Shown piece after piece: positions 8,927 to 19,156 of a stretch of 64,000 bases of DNA. Numbering within the stretch: the first letter of the stretch is position 1; each line of letters begins with the position of its first letter. Source of the stretch: Nanobdellota archaeon (GTDB lineage: Archaea; Nanobdellota; Nanobdellia; UBA10117; ARS21); NCBI GenBank assembly GCA_014240455.1, contig JAAZWY010000001.1, positions 87,924 through 151,923 of the forward strand. Reading direction: 5' to 3'. A program made the translations under genes and the position numbers. Below the pieces are notes generated by a model. That model was given only the letters and a program-made list of their open reading frames with translations. It had not been told where the DNA came from and made no database searches.

Positions 8927-10393
8927 ATGCCAAGAGACGTATCTTCTTTTGCCAAGAAGAATGGTTTCATATGGGGACCTGAACCCGAAATATACAACGG
9001 TTTAGCTGGTTTTTACACATATGGGCCAATGGGAAAAGCTCTTAAGACAAATGTCGAAGATTTACTTAGATCGATTTTTGATGCTCAAGAATTCTGGGAA
9101 GTTGAGACGCCAATAATTGCCCCATCTCAAGTTTGGAAAGCTTCAGGACATCTTGCAGGTTTTACTGATCCTTTAATTCGAGATGAGAAGAATAATATTT
9201 TCCGAGCCGATAAATTGATTGAAGAATATATGCTTGAGAACGGAATGAATCCTGACGAAGAAAATGTTGGTTCTTTGAATGCTGAAGCGCTTCTTAAATT
9301 GATTAAGAAATATGATATTAAATCTCCAAATGGTAAAGCACTGAAGATGAATATTGAGAATCATAATTTGATGATGAAGACAACTATCGGTACAGATATT
9401 GAAGCTTATTCTCGTCCTGAAACTGCTACAACAACTTACTTACCATTTAGAAATTATTTTGAGTATTTCAGGAAAAAAATGCCGATGAAAATTTATCAAG
9501 TTGGTAAATCTTTTCGTAATGAGATTTCTCCACGACAGAACGTTATTCGCGGTAGAGAGTTTACTCAATTTGAATCACAATTATTTTTATTTGAAAGTAT
9601 GAAACATGAGTTTGAAGATTTTGAAAAAGTTAAAGATGTTAAACTTCAGTTTTGGTCAAGTAAAGCTCAACTTGAAAAAAAAGGATGGGATGCTATTACT
9701 TTGCAGAGCGCTTTGAAGAAAAGTGTGATTAAAAATAAAGCATTTGCTTGGTCACTTTCATTGGCCCAAGAACTTGTTAATGGGTTAGGTCTTCCTGCTG
9801 ATCGAGTTCGTTATCGTCAACACCACGATGATGAGAAAGCATTCTACTCAAATGATACTTGGGATTTGGAATTCAAAACAGACAGTTTTGGTTGGATTGA
9901 AATTGCAGGAATCTCCGACAGAAATGATTACGATTTAATTCAACATTCTAAGGCTTCAGGACAAAAGTTGAAAGCAGATGGTGAAACTCCACATATCATT
10001 GAACTAGCATTTGGTTCAGATAGAATTGTTTATTCTTTGATTGATATATTCTTGGATGATGAGAAAGTTGGAAACGATACAAGAGTCATTTGGCGTATTC
10101 CTAAAGAATTAGCACCAGTCAGGTTTGCTGTATTTCCCTTGCAAAATAAAGATGGTTTGCCCGAGAAGGCGCGAGAAGTTTACGAAGAGCTTTCTAAGAA
10201 TTATCGATGTCTTCTTGATGTTAGCGGTTCAATTGGAAAAAGATATAGACGACAGGATGAAAGGGGAACACCACACTGCATAACAATTGATTATGATTCT
10301 CTTAAGGACGATACGGTAACTTTACGAGATAGAGATACTATGGAACAGAAAAGAATAAAAATTAATGATCTAAAGAAAGTAGATGTTAGTTAA
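8927..10393 (+). CDS. glyS: Glycine--tRNA ligase, archaeal/eukaryal alpha2 type
   Basis: N-terminus FAKKNGFIWGPEPEIYNGLAGFYTYGPMG and class II motifs; length about 490 aa. Confidence 0.85.
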   Translation: MPRDVSSFAKKNGFIWGPEPEIYNGLAGFYTYGPMGKALKTNVEDLLRSIFDAQEFWEVETPIIAPSQVWKASGHLAGFTDPLIRDEKNNIFRADKLIEEYMLENGMNPDEENVGSLNAEALLKLIKKYDIKSPNGKALKMNIENHNLMMKTTIGTDIEAYSRPETATTTYLPFRNYFEYFRKKMPMKIYQVGKSFRNEISPRQNVIRGREFTQFESQLFLFESMKHEFEDFEKVKDVKLQFWSSKAQLEKKGWDAITLQSALKKSVIKNKAFAWSLSLAQELVNGLGLPADRVRYRQHHDDEKAFYSNDTWDLEFKTDSFGWIEIAGISDRNDYDLIQHSKASGQKLKADGETPHIIELAFGSDRIVYSLIDIFLDDEKVGNDTRVIWRIPKELAPVRFAVFPLQNKDGLPEKAREVYEELSKNYRCLLDVSGSIGKRYRRQDERGTPHCITIDYDSLKDDTVTLRDRDTMEQKRIKINDLKKVDVS

Positions 10394-10522
10394 GATCTTT
10401 GGACTTGCAGATTTGTTGGCAGCCATGTTTTTGCTCATGGTTAGTTTTGATATGTTTATTGTTGATGCTATGGTGAAAACAATCATGCTTATACATCTGT
10501 ACAAAGGTTTGTTGAGTTTTTT

Positions 10523-11062
10523 TTAGATGTCGAAATTTACTGGTGATTCTTTTTTACTCTGATTCCTATTTTCATATAATGCCATTAAGTAAAATAAATC
10601 CGATAGACGATTTAGATACTTTATAATTATTGGATTTATTTCTTCTACTTCTGAAACTCGAACGATTTTTCTTTCAACATTTCTTGATTGAGTTCTTACG
10701 ATGTGGAGTAATGATGCAATTTCAGTTCCTCCAGGCAAAACGAAATTTGAAATATCAACTTTTGATTCATACTCCTCCACGTTTTTTTCAATTCGTTGAA
10801 GATGTCTTTCTTGTAATCGTTTTGTTTCTCGAGTATTCATTGGTGTTGCTAAATCTGAACCAATCACAAATAATTCATTTTGTATTATTTTTAATTCAGA
10901 TTCAAATTCTTCTGAGTAAGTCTTTGAAACAATTAAACCAATCTCAGAATTTAATTCATCAATATAGCCGACTGAATTTATTTTTCTTGAACCTTTTGAA
11001 ATTCTACTTCCATCAAATAAGGATGTTTCTCCTTTATCACCAGTCTTTGTAGAAATTGACAT
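10523..11062 (-). CDS. PduO-type ATP:cob(I)alamin adenosyltransferase
   Basis: TKTGDKGETSLFDGSRISK...SVGYIDELNSEIG matches MMAB/PduO N-terminal signature; ATG at 11062 chosen to avoid overlap with nrdJ. Confidence 0.8.
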   Translation of the reverse strand: MSISTKTGDKGETSLFDGSRISKGSRKINSVGYIDELNSEIGLIVSKTYSEEFESELKIIQNELFVIGSDLATPMNTRETKRLQERHLQRIEKNVEEYESKVDISNFVLPGGTEIASLLHIVRTQSRNVERKIVRVSEVEEINPIIIKYLNRLSDLFYLMALYENRNQSKKESPVNFDI

Positions 11063-11064
11063 TA

Positions 11065-14000
11065 TTAAGAACAGCCGCTTGTTGCACCACAAACATCACA
11101 CAACTCACATGAACCGTTTTGTCTCATCATCATTGCACCACACTCGCTACATTTATTTCCAGTGTAACCCATTGCCTTAATTGCATCTGAACCCTCTTCC
11201 GCATCTGCTTCAACTACTTTTTCTTTATTTGGAGTTAGTCGTGTTTGTACAATTCCTTGAATGTGTTGTCCACTTAGAACTTCTTCAATCTTTCTAAGAA
11301 TTGGATGATCTGACCATTCAGCAAAACATTCTTCAACTACGTCTTGAACAGGATATCCTCTTGCTAATGAGAAACTAATTGTTTTACTTACAAAGTCTAG
11401 CATTTCCTGATTGCTTGGGTTTGTTTTTGGCATCACGAGTCTCAATCCAACTAGTTGACCCTTTGGACTAACGTGTGAGTGAACGTATAAATCTTGAGGT
11501 CCAATTTTATGATTTGAAATTTGTTCAATATAATTTGTTACCTTTTCACCCTTTACTTGTTCTGTAACTGTTTCTTCTTTGAATATGTTTTCAAACTCTT
11601 TGTTGAATCCTTTTCCAGTTGATAGAGGTTGACTTAATTTACTTTCATTTCTGTAAAGTGCAACTGCTTTGATTGAATATTTCCAACTGTCGAAATATGC
11701 ATTTTTGATGTCTTCAATTGTTGCATCACTTGGCATGTTTATTGTTTTACTTATTGCTCCGGAAATGAAAGGTTGTGTTACGGACATCATCTTCAAGTGA
11801 GCGCTGTGCTTAATGAATCTCTTTCCTTTCTTTCCACATTTGTTTGCACAATCAAAAATAGAATAGTGTTCACCTTTCAAATGAGGTGCACCTTCAACAG
11901 TCATTGTTCCGCATAAGTATTCATCTGCTTCATCGACTTGCTCAGCTGAGAATCCAAGTTCGTTTAAAATATTTAAATTTGGATTGTTTAATTGCTCATC
12001 ACTAAGCCCAAGTACATTATTGCAGAAATCTTTTCCAAGAACGTGTTGATTGAACATAAAATTAATATCAAAAGCTCTTGAAGATTCATCTTCTAATTTG
12101 TTTAATTGTTCGTCAGTGAATCCTTTTTCTCTTAAAGTTTGATGATTGATATATGGAGCGTCTGCTAAAGTTCCGTGTCCGACACAATATTTTTCAATTG
12201 CTCTGACTTGGTCCTCAGAATAGTTTAATTTCTTTAAGGCAGATTTTAGAGAATTATTTACGATCTTGAAATATCCTCCTCCCGCAAGTTTCTTGAATTT
12301 TACAATTGAGAACTCTGGTTCGATTCCCGTTGTGTCACAATCCATTACTAATGCAATTGTTCCAGTTGGTGCGATTACAGTGACTTGTGCATTTCGGTAA
12401 CCGTTCTTTTGTCCAAGTTCTAATGCTTTATCCCAAGAATTTTGAGCTGCACTCAATAAATCCTTTGGACACAGTTCTTGATTAATTCCTGTTGGTAAGA
12501 TTGAAAGGTTTTCGTAAGATTCTGCCTTTGCGTCATAAGCAGCTCTTCTGTGATTTCGAATAACTCTCAGCATTGCATCTTTGTTCTTTTCGTATTCTGC
12601 GAAAGCTCCAAGATTTCCTGCAAGTTCTGCAGATGTTGAATATGATTCTCCACATAGAATTGAAGTTAATGCTCCGGCAATTGCTCGACCTTTGTCTGAA
12701 TCATAAGCAATTCCCATCTTCATTAGTAATGAACCAATATTTGCATATCCCAATCCTAACGTTCTATAATCAAAACTTTGTTTAGCAACAATCTTGCTTG
12801 GAAATTGAGCCATTAAAACTGAAATTTCTAGTGCTACTGTCCATAATCTTGTTGCGTGTTTGTATGCCTCAATATTGAAAGTTCCCGTTTCATCATCGTA
12901 GAATTTATCCAAATTAATACTTGCTAGATTACATGCAGTATCATCAATGAACATATATTCTGAACATGGATTACTTCCGTTTATTCTTCCACTGACTGGA
13001 CAAGTATGCCATTCATTTATTGTTGAGTCAAATTGTAATCCTGGATCTGCACTGACCCAAGCACTCATGGCAATATCATCCCACAATTTTTGTGCAGGAA
13101 CTTCCTTGTAGAGTTTTCCATCTGTTCGATTTTTTAATTGCCAGTTTGCATTATTTTGTAATGCTTCCATATAATCATTATTTACTCTGACACTATTGTT
13201 ACTGTTTTGTCCTGAGACTGTAATATATGCTTCACCTTCATAATGAGTATCAAATTCACTCATATCTAATTTTCCAACACCTTGTTTTGCTAATTCCAAA
13301 GCTCTTAGAATTAATTGAACTGGAACTTTTGCATTGTTGGCATTTCGAATTGCGTCTCTTAACTTTGTATTTTCTGTTAGATTTAATCCGTGTTTGTTTG
13401 CTGCTTTCAAAATATTATTTGTATGTTCTTTACACACAATGCTTCCTGCGACTAGGCTTGCAACCTTGTCTTCTTCTGAAGCTTTCCATTTAATGAATGA
13501 TTCAATTTCTGGATGATCAATATCCAAGATAACCATTTTTGCAGCTCTTCGAGTTGTTCCACCTGATTTAATTGAACCTGCTGAAGTGTCATTGATCTTC
13601 AAGAAAGACATTAGTCCAGATGAACTTCCTCCGCCTGAAAGAGTTTCACCTTTTCCTCGAATTGATGAGAAATTTGTTCCTACTCCAGAACCATATTTGA
13701 AAATTCTTGCTTCTCTTGTAACTAAATCAAAAATACCTCCTTCGTTTACCAGATCATCTCTAACTGATAAGATGAAACAGGCATGAGGTTGTGGTCTTGA
13801 ATATGCATCAGGAGATTGAGTCAATGTTCCTGTTTTCGGATCAATATAATAATGTCCTTGCGGGTTTCCAGTAATTCCGTATGCGTAATTTAATCCAGTG
13901 TTAAACCATTGTGGAGAATTTGGAGCGCCCATTTGATTTAATAAAATGAAAGCCATTTCTTCGTAGAATGCTTTTGAATCTTTACTTGAATTGAAATATC

Positions 14001-14325
14001 CGAATTTCGTTCCCCAATCTGTCCAGCACCCAACCATTCTGTGGACTACTTGTTTGATGCTACTTTCTGAACCAACTTCTGGAACTCCTGCCTTTCTGAA
14101 ATATTTCTGAGCAAGAATATCTGTTGCAATCTGAGACCATTGTTTTGGAACTTCAACATTTTTCATGTCAAAGACAACAGATCCATCTGGATTCCGAATT
14201 GTAGACGTTCGAAGATCATAAGCAAACATATCATAAACTGATGTTTCAGGTTTGGTAAAAACTCGATTAACGACTATTCCCTGAGTTGCGATTGTTGACT
14301 CTGCCGGTGGATTTTCATATTCCAT
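11065..14325 (-). CDS. nrdJ: Class II (adenosylcobalamin-dependent) ribonucleoside-triphosphate/diphosphate reductase NrdJ
   Basis: Catalytic-core motifs (SNPCSEY, GSGVGTNFS..R) and C-terminal Cys-rich zinc ribbon CSECGAMMMRQNGSCELCDVCG. Confidence 0.85.
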   Translation of the reverse strand: MEYENPPAESTIATQGIVVNRVFTKPETSVYDMFAYDLRTSTIRNPDGSVVFDMKNVEVPKQWSQIATDILAQKYFRKAGVPEVGSESSIKQVVHRMVGCWTDWGTKFGYFNSSKDSKAFYEEMAFILLNQMGAPNSPQWFNTGLNYAYGITGNPQGHYYIDPKTGTLTQSPDAYSRPQPHACFILSVRDDLVNEGGIFDLVTREARIFKYGSGVGTNFSSIRGKGETLSGGGSSSGLMSFLKINDTSAGSIKSGGTTRRAAKMVILDIDHPEIESFIKWKASEEDKVASLVAGSIVCKEHTNNILKAANKHGLNLTENTKLRDAIRNANNAKVPVQLILRALELAKQGVGKLDMSEFDTHYEGEAYITVSGQNSNNSVRVNNDYMEALQNNANWQLKNRTDGKLYKEVPAQKLWDDIAMSAWVSADPGLQFDSTINEWHTCPVSGRINGSNPCSEYMFIDDTACNLASINLDKFYDDETGTFNIEAYKHATRLWTVALEISVLMAQFPSKIVAKQSFDYRTLGLGYANIGSLLMKMGIAYDSDKGRAIAGALTSILCGESYSTSAELAGNLGAFAEYEKNKDAMLRVIRNHRRAAYDAKAESYENLSILPTGINQELCPKDLLSAAQNSWDKALELGQKNGYRNAQVTVIAPTGTIALVMDCDTTGIEPEFSIVKFKKLAGGGYFKIVNNSLKSALKKLNYSEDQVRAIEKYCVGHGTLADAPYINHQTLREKGFTDEQLNKLEDESSRAFDINFMFNQHVLGKDFCNNVLGLSDEQLNNPNLNILNELGFSAEQVDEADEYLCGTMTVEGAPHLKGEHYSIFDCANKCGKKGKRFIKHSAHLKMMSVTQPFISGAISKTINMPSDATIEDIKNAYFDSWKYSIKAVALYRNESKLSQPLSTGKGFNKEFENIFKEETVTEQVKGEKVTNYIEQISNHKIGPQDLYVHSHVSPKGQLVGLRLVMPKTNPSNQEMLDFVSKTISFSLARGYPVQDVVEECFAEWSDHPILRKIEEVLSGQHIQGIVQTRLTPNKEKVVEADAEEGSDAIKAMGYTGNKCSECGAMMMRQNGSCELCDVCGATSGCS

Positions 14326-14443
14326 TATAGTAATAGTTGGAGAGATATAACTGCTCCGAGGTAACTTTCAGAATGGATTTTCGTTTAAATTGGTTTATCT
14401 GTTTGAGCATCTATTTTTGTAATTACTTTATGTGAGTGGGAGA

Positions 14444-14719
14444 CTATCTTCTCTCAAAAGTCGTGAATTCTTCCTGCGGTTTCGTGTACTGAATCTGAAC
14501 GGTTTTCACACTTGCAAGCTTTGGACCTTGATTACACCAAAGTTCTAACTCCTTTATCCTTGGTTGAGTTCCTTGAGCAATAATTTTCACACTTCCATCA
14601 TCTTGATTTTGAACATATCCTTTTAATCCAAGTTCTAATGCAAATCTTTTTGTGTGAGCTCTATAGAAAACTCCCTGTACTTTTCCAGTTACTAAAATCT
14701 CAGCGAATAATTCTTCCAT
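14444..14719 (-). CDS. acyP: Acylphosphatase
   Basis: VQGVFYR...GYV.N..DGSV motif. Confidence 0.8.
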   Translation of the reverse strand: MEELFAEILVTGKVQGVFYRAHTKRFALELGLKGYVQNQDDGSVKIIAQGTQPRIKELELWCNQGPKLASVKTVQIQYTKPQEEFTTFERR

Positions 14720-15324
14720 TTCTTTTCGTTTCTGTTAATTAACATTCCTCCAATAATCAGTGCACTGAAGTACAGTGTTGGACTTCCGGCTAGTACCTTT
14801 GCTCCATCGAAGAATCCGAATGGGATCATGTTCAAGATTAATAACCATAAGTTGATACGTCTCGAAATTATGAAGGCATTGTTATGTTTTGGCCACCTTT
14901 TACTTAGAAGCGCCCAGTCTGATAGCCAGTATAATGCGAAATTTGCTGCAGGTCCAGCGAGTGCTAAGAAGGCAAATTGTTCAGGGAAAGTATGAGCTGC
15001 AGTGCTTGTAACGAACGCAGGAATGAAGAAAATTATTGGTGAACGGATGAATCTCAACATTATTCCAATCCCCAATCCCCAAACACTAATATGTAAAACT
15101 GAATCAAATCCAAAAAATAACCCTACTCCTTTGTGCGCAAGCTCGTGCAATATTACTGCTGGTGCCACAATCATTGCAGCATATTTTATATCGTCGAATG
15201 CAAGTGAAGGTCTCAAATAATCTAGAATATCTCTTGGTCTTTTTATGAATCCTGAAAAAATATATCCTAACGCAGCCGTCAGAATGGCCAAATCTATAAT
15301 TTCCTGAGCAGTTATTAGGACCAT
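14692..15324 (-). CDS. Membrane zinc metalloprotease, site-2-protease/M50-like (COG1994-type)
   Basis: HELAH in a TM helix plus downstream NMIPFGFFDG (LDG-like) motif. Confidence 0.55.
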   Translation of the reverse strand: MVLITAQEIIDLAILTAALGYIFSGFIKRPRDILDYLRPSLAFDDIKYAAMIVAPAVILHELAHKGVGLFFGFDSVLHISVWGLGIGIMLRFIRSPIIFFIPAFVTSTAAHTFPEQFAFLALAGPAANFALYWLSDWALLSKRWPKHNNAFIISRRINLWLLILNMIPFGFFDGAKVLAGSPTLYFSALIIGGMLINRNEKKWKNYSLRF

Positions 15325-15409
15325 GCTTTTCTATAGTCTGGATGTTTTTATAAGTTGTTTTAGTCCAGTCTTATCACAATCTTTATAAAAGCTGTTACAA
15401 AGTCAGAGT

Positions 15410-15931
15410 ATGGCAATGTATAAGTATCTACAAAAGCTTTGGAAAAGACCGAAAGAACATTTTGGTTCTGATGCATGGAAAGAATGGTTAGTTTACCTTC
15501 GTAGCAGACCAGCTTTTGAAAAGATTTCTAAACCAACTCGACTTGATAGAGCTCGAGCACTTGGGTACAAAGCTAAACAAGGAATTTTTGTTATACGAGC
15601 AAGTATGACTAAGGGAACAACTAGACGACCTCGATTCGCAGGTGGTCGAAGACCTAAACGATATTACCGAAGATACACTCCATCTCAAAGTAAGCAAGCA
15701 CTTTTAGAAAAAAGAGCTGCTCGAAAATATCCAAACGCAGAAGTTTTGAATTCTTACTGGGTTGGAGAAGATGGAAAGAGAGTCTGGTACGAAATAATTT
15801 TTGTTGATAGAGATCATCCAGTAATTCTTGCAGATAAGAAATTGAATTGGGTGAAGAGTTCAGCTAACCGATCAAGAGCATTCCGAGGATTAACTTCTGC
15901 TGGTAAAAAAGGTAGAGGATTAGTTCGGTAA
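15410..15931 (+). CDS. rpl15e: 50S ribosomal protein L15e
   Basis: MAMYKYLQKLWKRP...RPRFAGGRRPKRYY signature. Confidence 0.9.
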   Translation: MAMYKYLQKLWKRPKEHFGSDAWKEWLVYLRSRPAFEKISKPTRLDRARALGYKAKQGIFVIRASMTKGTTRRPRFAGGRRPKRYYRRYTPSQSKQALLEKRAARKYPNAEVLNSYWVGEDGKRVWYEIIFVDRDHPVILADKKLNWVKSSANRSRAFRGLTSAGKKGRGLVR

Positions 15932-15985
15932 ACTGTTTTCTTGAGACTATATTTTTTTATAACTACGTAACGCGATTTCTAATTA

Positions 15986-16747
15986 ATGGCGTTTTCAAAG
16001 CAACTTACTGCGGCCTTTGACAATGCTTTGCGACAAGATTATGCTTTTCTTTTTTTGGAAGTTAAAACTGGTGCGATTCGAGATTCAACTTTAATCAATA
16101 CTGTTGCTCGTGCTAATACTCTTGAAGATTATTTAACTTCTCGAGAATTGGGCGAACCAAAAATTTATAGTGGTGCAATTGGATTTGATAAAGGTCATTC
16201 TGTAGGTGATTTACATTTACCTGCGATTGATGAACTTGATTTGATTTATGGCTCCAATAAATTTGAAGCCTCACGTTTGGAGCGAATATTATTCAATATG
16301 AGAAAAGAGAAAAGACATTCTGAATTATTTTCAGTGTTGTCTCCCGAAGTTGTTGCACCAGTTAAACATCGTCCTTGGTATATTCGTAAATTGCGCGGAA
16401 AAGGTCAACGACGAACAAAGCTCAATGCTCCTTTGAATGAATCAACTCAAGGAATTATTCCAGAAGAGTATGTGGCTCAGATGTTGGGAGATTTAATTCC
16501 GACTGCTCAGATTTTTACTCGAGTTAATATTAACGGTAGTATTAATATTCCAAATACTTCAGGAAATCTTGAATATATGATTAATGAGGAAGAGAATGGT
16601 TCTCGAAATGAATTGGATGTAATTTTGATGGCTGAGAAAGAAAAAATTGATGATGCATTAGTTAAATTACATCAAGCACCCTATCGTTTAGTAGATTTGA
16701 AATACAAACTTCAACTTCAACGAAGATTGTGTGATGAACAATCTTAA
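15986..16747 (+). CDS. Hypothetical protein
   Basis: ORF in ribosomal/RNA-processing neighbourhood; no motif recognised. Confidence 0.4.
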   Translation: MAFSKQLTAAFDNALRQDYAFLFLEVKTGAIRDSTLINTVARANTLEDYLTSRELGEPKIYSGAIGFDKGHSVGDLHLPAIDELDLIYGSNKFEASRLERILFNMRKEKRHSELFSVLSPEVVAPVKHRPWYIRKLRGKGQRRTKLNAPLNESTQGIIPEEYVAQMLGDLIPTAQIFTRVNINGSINIPNTSGNLEYMINEEENGSRNELDVILMAEKEKIDDALVKLHQAPYRLVDLKYKLQLQRRLCDEQS

Positions 16748-16756
16748 AAATGTATT

Positions 16757-17116
16757 TTGTTAACTTATTTAATGAATAACTTACGTAAACTAATTCGTTA
16801 CACTTTAGTAGCATTTATAATGGTTTTTGCCATTAATTTATTTATGGTAGATAAAGTTGCAAGTAAAGGAGATACTGTTGCAGTTGATTATTGGTTGACT
16901 GTTGATGGAAAACAAATTGATACATCTGAAGGACGAGGAGTATTTGAATTTACTCTTTTTGCAGGACAAGTAATTCCAGGATTTGATAAAACAGTCGATG
17001 GAATGAAAGTTGGTGAGGAGAAGACTGTTTCTCTTTCAGGAAATGATGCTTACACAGCAGGACCTCTTGCTGGAAAAGTATTGAACTTTAAAGTAATTTT
17101 AAGAGAGATTAAGTAG
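16757..17116 (+). CDS. FKBP-type peptidyl-prolyl cis-trans isomerase with N-terminal TM anchor
   Basis: GDTVAVDYWLTVDGKQIDTS...FTLFAGQVIPGFDK.V.GMKVGE FKBP signature; hydrophobic N-terminus. Confidence 0.8.
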   Translation: MLTYLMNNLRKLIRYTLVAFIMVFAINLFMVDKVASKGDTVAVDYWLTVDGKQIDTSEGRGVFEFTLFAGQVIPGFDKTVDGMKVGEEKTVSLSGNDAYTAGPLAGKVLNFKVILREIK

Positions 17117-17146
17117 ATTTTTAATCTCTTATTTTTTATTTTTATT

Positions 17147-17782
17147 ATGCAAGACGTAGTTATGCTTCCGTCAAAACCTGAAAAATTTATCAGAGCAGCT
17201 CGAGAATTTGGTTATTCTGATTTGATATTTCTCTTTGAAGGAACGAGTGCCGAGTTTAATAGGTTAAAGAAACAGTTTGATGTAAATCTTGGATTATTAT
17301 TTTCTCCTAAAAATATGGATGATTTTCAGAAGTTGAAAAAGTATGACGGGCCGGTTTTAATAGTTGGTTCTGCAACTGATGAGAAATTATTACGACGAAT
17401 TTTGGAGAATAAAAAAATCCACGGTTTTACAAATGTTGAACATGAGCTTGGAAAAGATCATACTCATTATCGTAAATCAAACATGAATCAAGTTCTTGCA
17501 AAGATTGCTCATGATAAAAATAAGACTTACTATGTAAATTTTTCAAAAGTTTTGCATTCTAATAAACGTCCAAAGTTGATTGGACGAATGCTTCAGAATA
17601 TTAAATTCATGAACAAGTATCGAGTTAATATTTCAATAGGTTCTTTTGCTAAGGATGAAAAAGGTTTCAGATTGTATGATAATTTGGAAAGCTTTGCAAA
17701 AGTTTTGAAAGCTCGAAAGTTAAAGGCGATTGATGTGCCCGTAGTTTCGAACTTACCAAAAGGTGTTCGGATTATTGGTTAA
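17147..17782 (+). CDS. rnp3: RNase P protein component 3 (Rpp30 family)
   Basis: Region QVLAKIAHDKN...FSKVLHSNKRPKLIGRMLQNIKFMNKYRVNISIGSFA resembles archaeal Rpp30 (VLAK...L.SN...R..L....K...KY.V..S.SA). Confidence 0.6.
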   Translation: MQDVVMLPSKPEKFIRAAREFGYSDLIFLFEGTSAEFNRLKKQFDVNLGLLFSPKNMDDFQKLKKYDGPVLIVGSATDEKLLRRILENKKIHGFTNVEHELGKDHTHYRKSNMNQVLAKIAHDKNKTYYVNFSKVLHSNKRPKLIGRMLQNIKFMNKYRVNISIGSFAKDEKGFRLYDNLESFAKVLKARKLKAIDVPVVSNLPKGVRIIG

Positions 17783-19113
17783 AGCTCAACAACTGCGCCT
17801 TGTTTTGGTGCGATTGCATCAATTGACAATTGACTTTTTAATTCCATTGCGAATCTTTGACAGTGCGCTCCGTGAATGCACATAACTTTTTTTGGTCTTA
17901 AGTCTTTTACAAGTTGAAGAAGTTCATCTCGTCCTGCGTGAGAACTCAATTCAAAATTATACATTGGACATTTAACTTTTAAGTCAACGGCCTCAGTTAC
18001 GTATCTTCCAGTATCCAATAGATATCTTCCAGCAGTTCCTGGAATTTGATATCCTGCAGTAATCAATGCTGACTTTGGATCTGCGTAAACATATTTTATG
18101 TAATGTGCCACTGGACCTCCGTCCATTGAACCTCCAGTTGTAACAATTGCACACGGTTTCTTTGTAACTTGTTTTCGTTGTTCGTGAGATTTTACCAAAA
18201 TTGTTTTCTTCATTGCGTTTTTCAGTTGAACTGAATTTCTAATAAATTTAGGATTCTTTGCTGAAATTTCTGTTGCAGTTCTACCCATTCCATCTACATA
18301 GATTGGGAAATCTATTCCATATTTTTCAAGAATCATAATTAATTCTGGAGCTCTAATTGCGAAGCTAGGAATTAATGCAATTCCACCTTGCTTTACAGTT
18401 TCTTTTACTTTTTCTGCGAACGCTTTTTCAATTTTATTTCGCTTGTCCAAAGCTCTTGAACTGTAAGTTGTTTCCATAATTAACAAATCCAGATCTTTGA
18501 ATTTCTTATAATCTGCTCCATTAACTAATTGTGTTGGCTCAATTTTGAAATCGCTTGTGTAAAGAATTTTCTTTCCGGCCATTTCAATGAATGCCATTGC
18601 AGATCCAGGAATGTGTCCTGCATCGTGGAAAGTTATTTTTGCATCTCCGATTTTGAATGGCTTTTTGTAACCAATTGTTTTCCAATTATTAAGAACGCTT
18701 TTGATATCACTTTTTCCAAAATTTCTTGGCTTGTCTTTTAGTTTTCCAACTTTGACACTGTCGTATAAAACAAGTTCAGCCAAATCTTTGGTTGCTTGTG
18801 TTCCAAAAACTTTTAATTTCTTTTTTTGCGCATTCCAAAGTTCTGGAATGGAACCGCAGTGGTCTAAGTGACCGTGGCAAATTACCACAGCATCAACATC
18901 TTTTTCTGGAATTAGAGGACCAATTCCGTCTGAAACGTTGAATCCAAATTCCATTGTAAAACGATCTTTACCGTCGTCAAGAATTACTGCGTTATTTCCG
19001 ACTTCTCTGAAGCCACCATTACATTCAATTGTAATTTTTGATTTATTTTTAGGTGTGACCTTCTTAGCTCTTGCTAGAGAAGGTTTTCTAGTTATTTTTT
19101 TTTGTGTTTTCAT
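17779..19113 (-). CDS. Beta-CASP family ribonuclease (aCPSF2/RNase J-like; no KH domains)
   Basis: HGHLDHCG metallo-beta-lactamase motif, length 444 aa. Confidence 0.7.
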   Translation of the reverse strand: MKTQKKITRKPSLARAKKVTPKNKSKITIECNGGFREVGNNAVILDDGKDRFTMEFGFNVSDGIGPLIPEKDVDAVVICHGHLDHCGSIPELWNAQKKKLKVFGTQATKDLAELVLYDSVKVGKLKDKPRNFGKSDIKSVLNNWKTIGYKKPFKIGDAKITFHDAGHIPGSAMAFIEMAGKKILYTSDFKIEPTQLVNGADYKKFKDLDLLIMETTYSSRALDKRNKIEKAFAEKVKETVKQGGIALIPSFAIRAPELIMILEKYGIDFPIYVDGMGRTATEISAKNPKFIRNSVQLKNAMKKTILVKSHEQRKQVTKKPCAIVTTGGSMDGGPVAHYIKYVYADPKSALITAGYQIPGTAGRYLLDTGRYVTEAVDLKVKCPMYNFELSSHAGRDELLQLVKDLRPKKVMCIHGAHCQRFAMELKSQLSIDAIAPKQGAVVEL

Positions 19114-19156
19114 TTGTGTATTTGAACAAAATTCGCCTTGACGAATCCTGCTTTAA

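Noticed and set aside
10630-11052. 140-aa + strand ORF rich in Leu/Phe
   Set aside because: Entirely antisense within the PduO adenosyltransferase gene, which has strong family motifs; AT-rich antisense artefact.
12573-13786. Several 60-90-aa + strand ORFs inside nrdJ
   Set aside because: Antisense within a well-supported 1086-aa RNR gene.
11065-14325. Possible intein in the long NrdJ
   Set aside because: No intein block motifs (Cys/Ser at splice junction followed by ...HN C-terminal) seen; the length is more likely from lineage-specific insertions.
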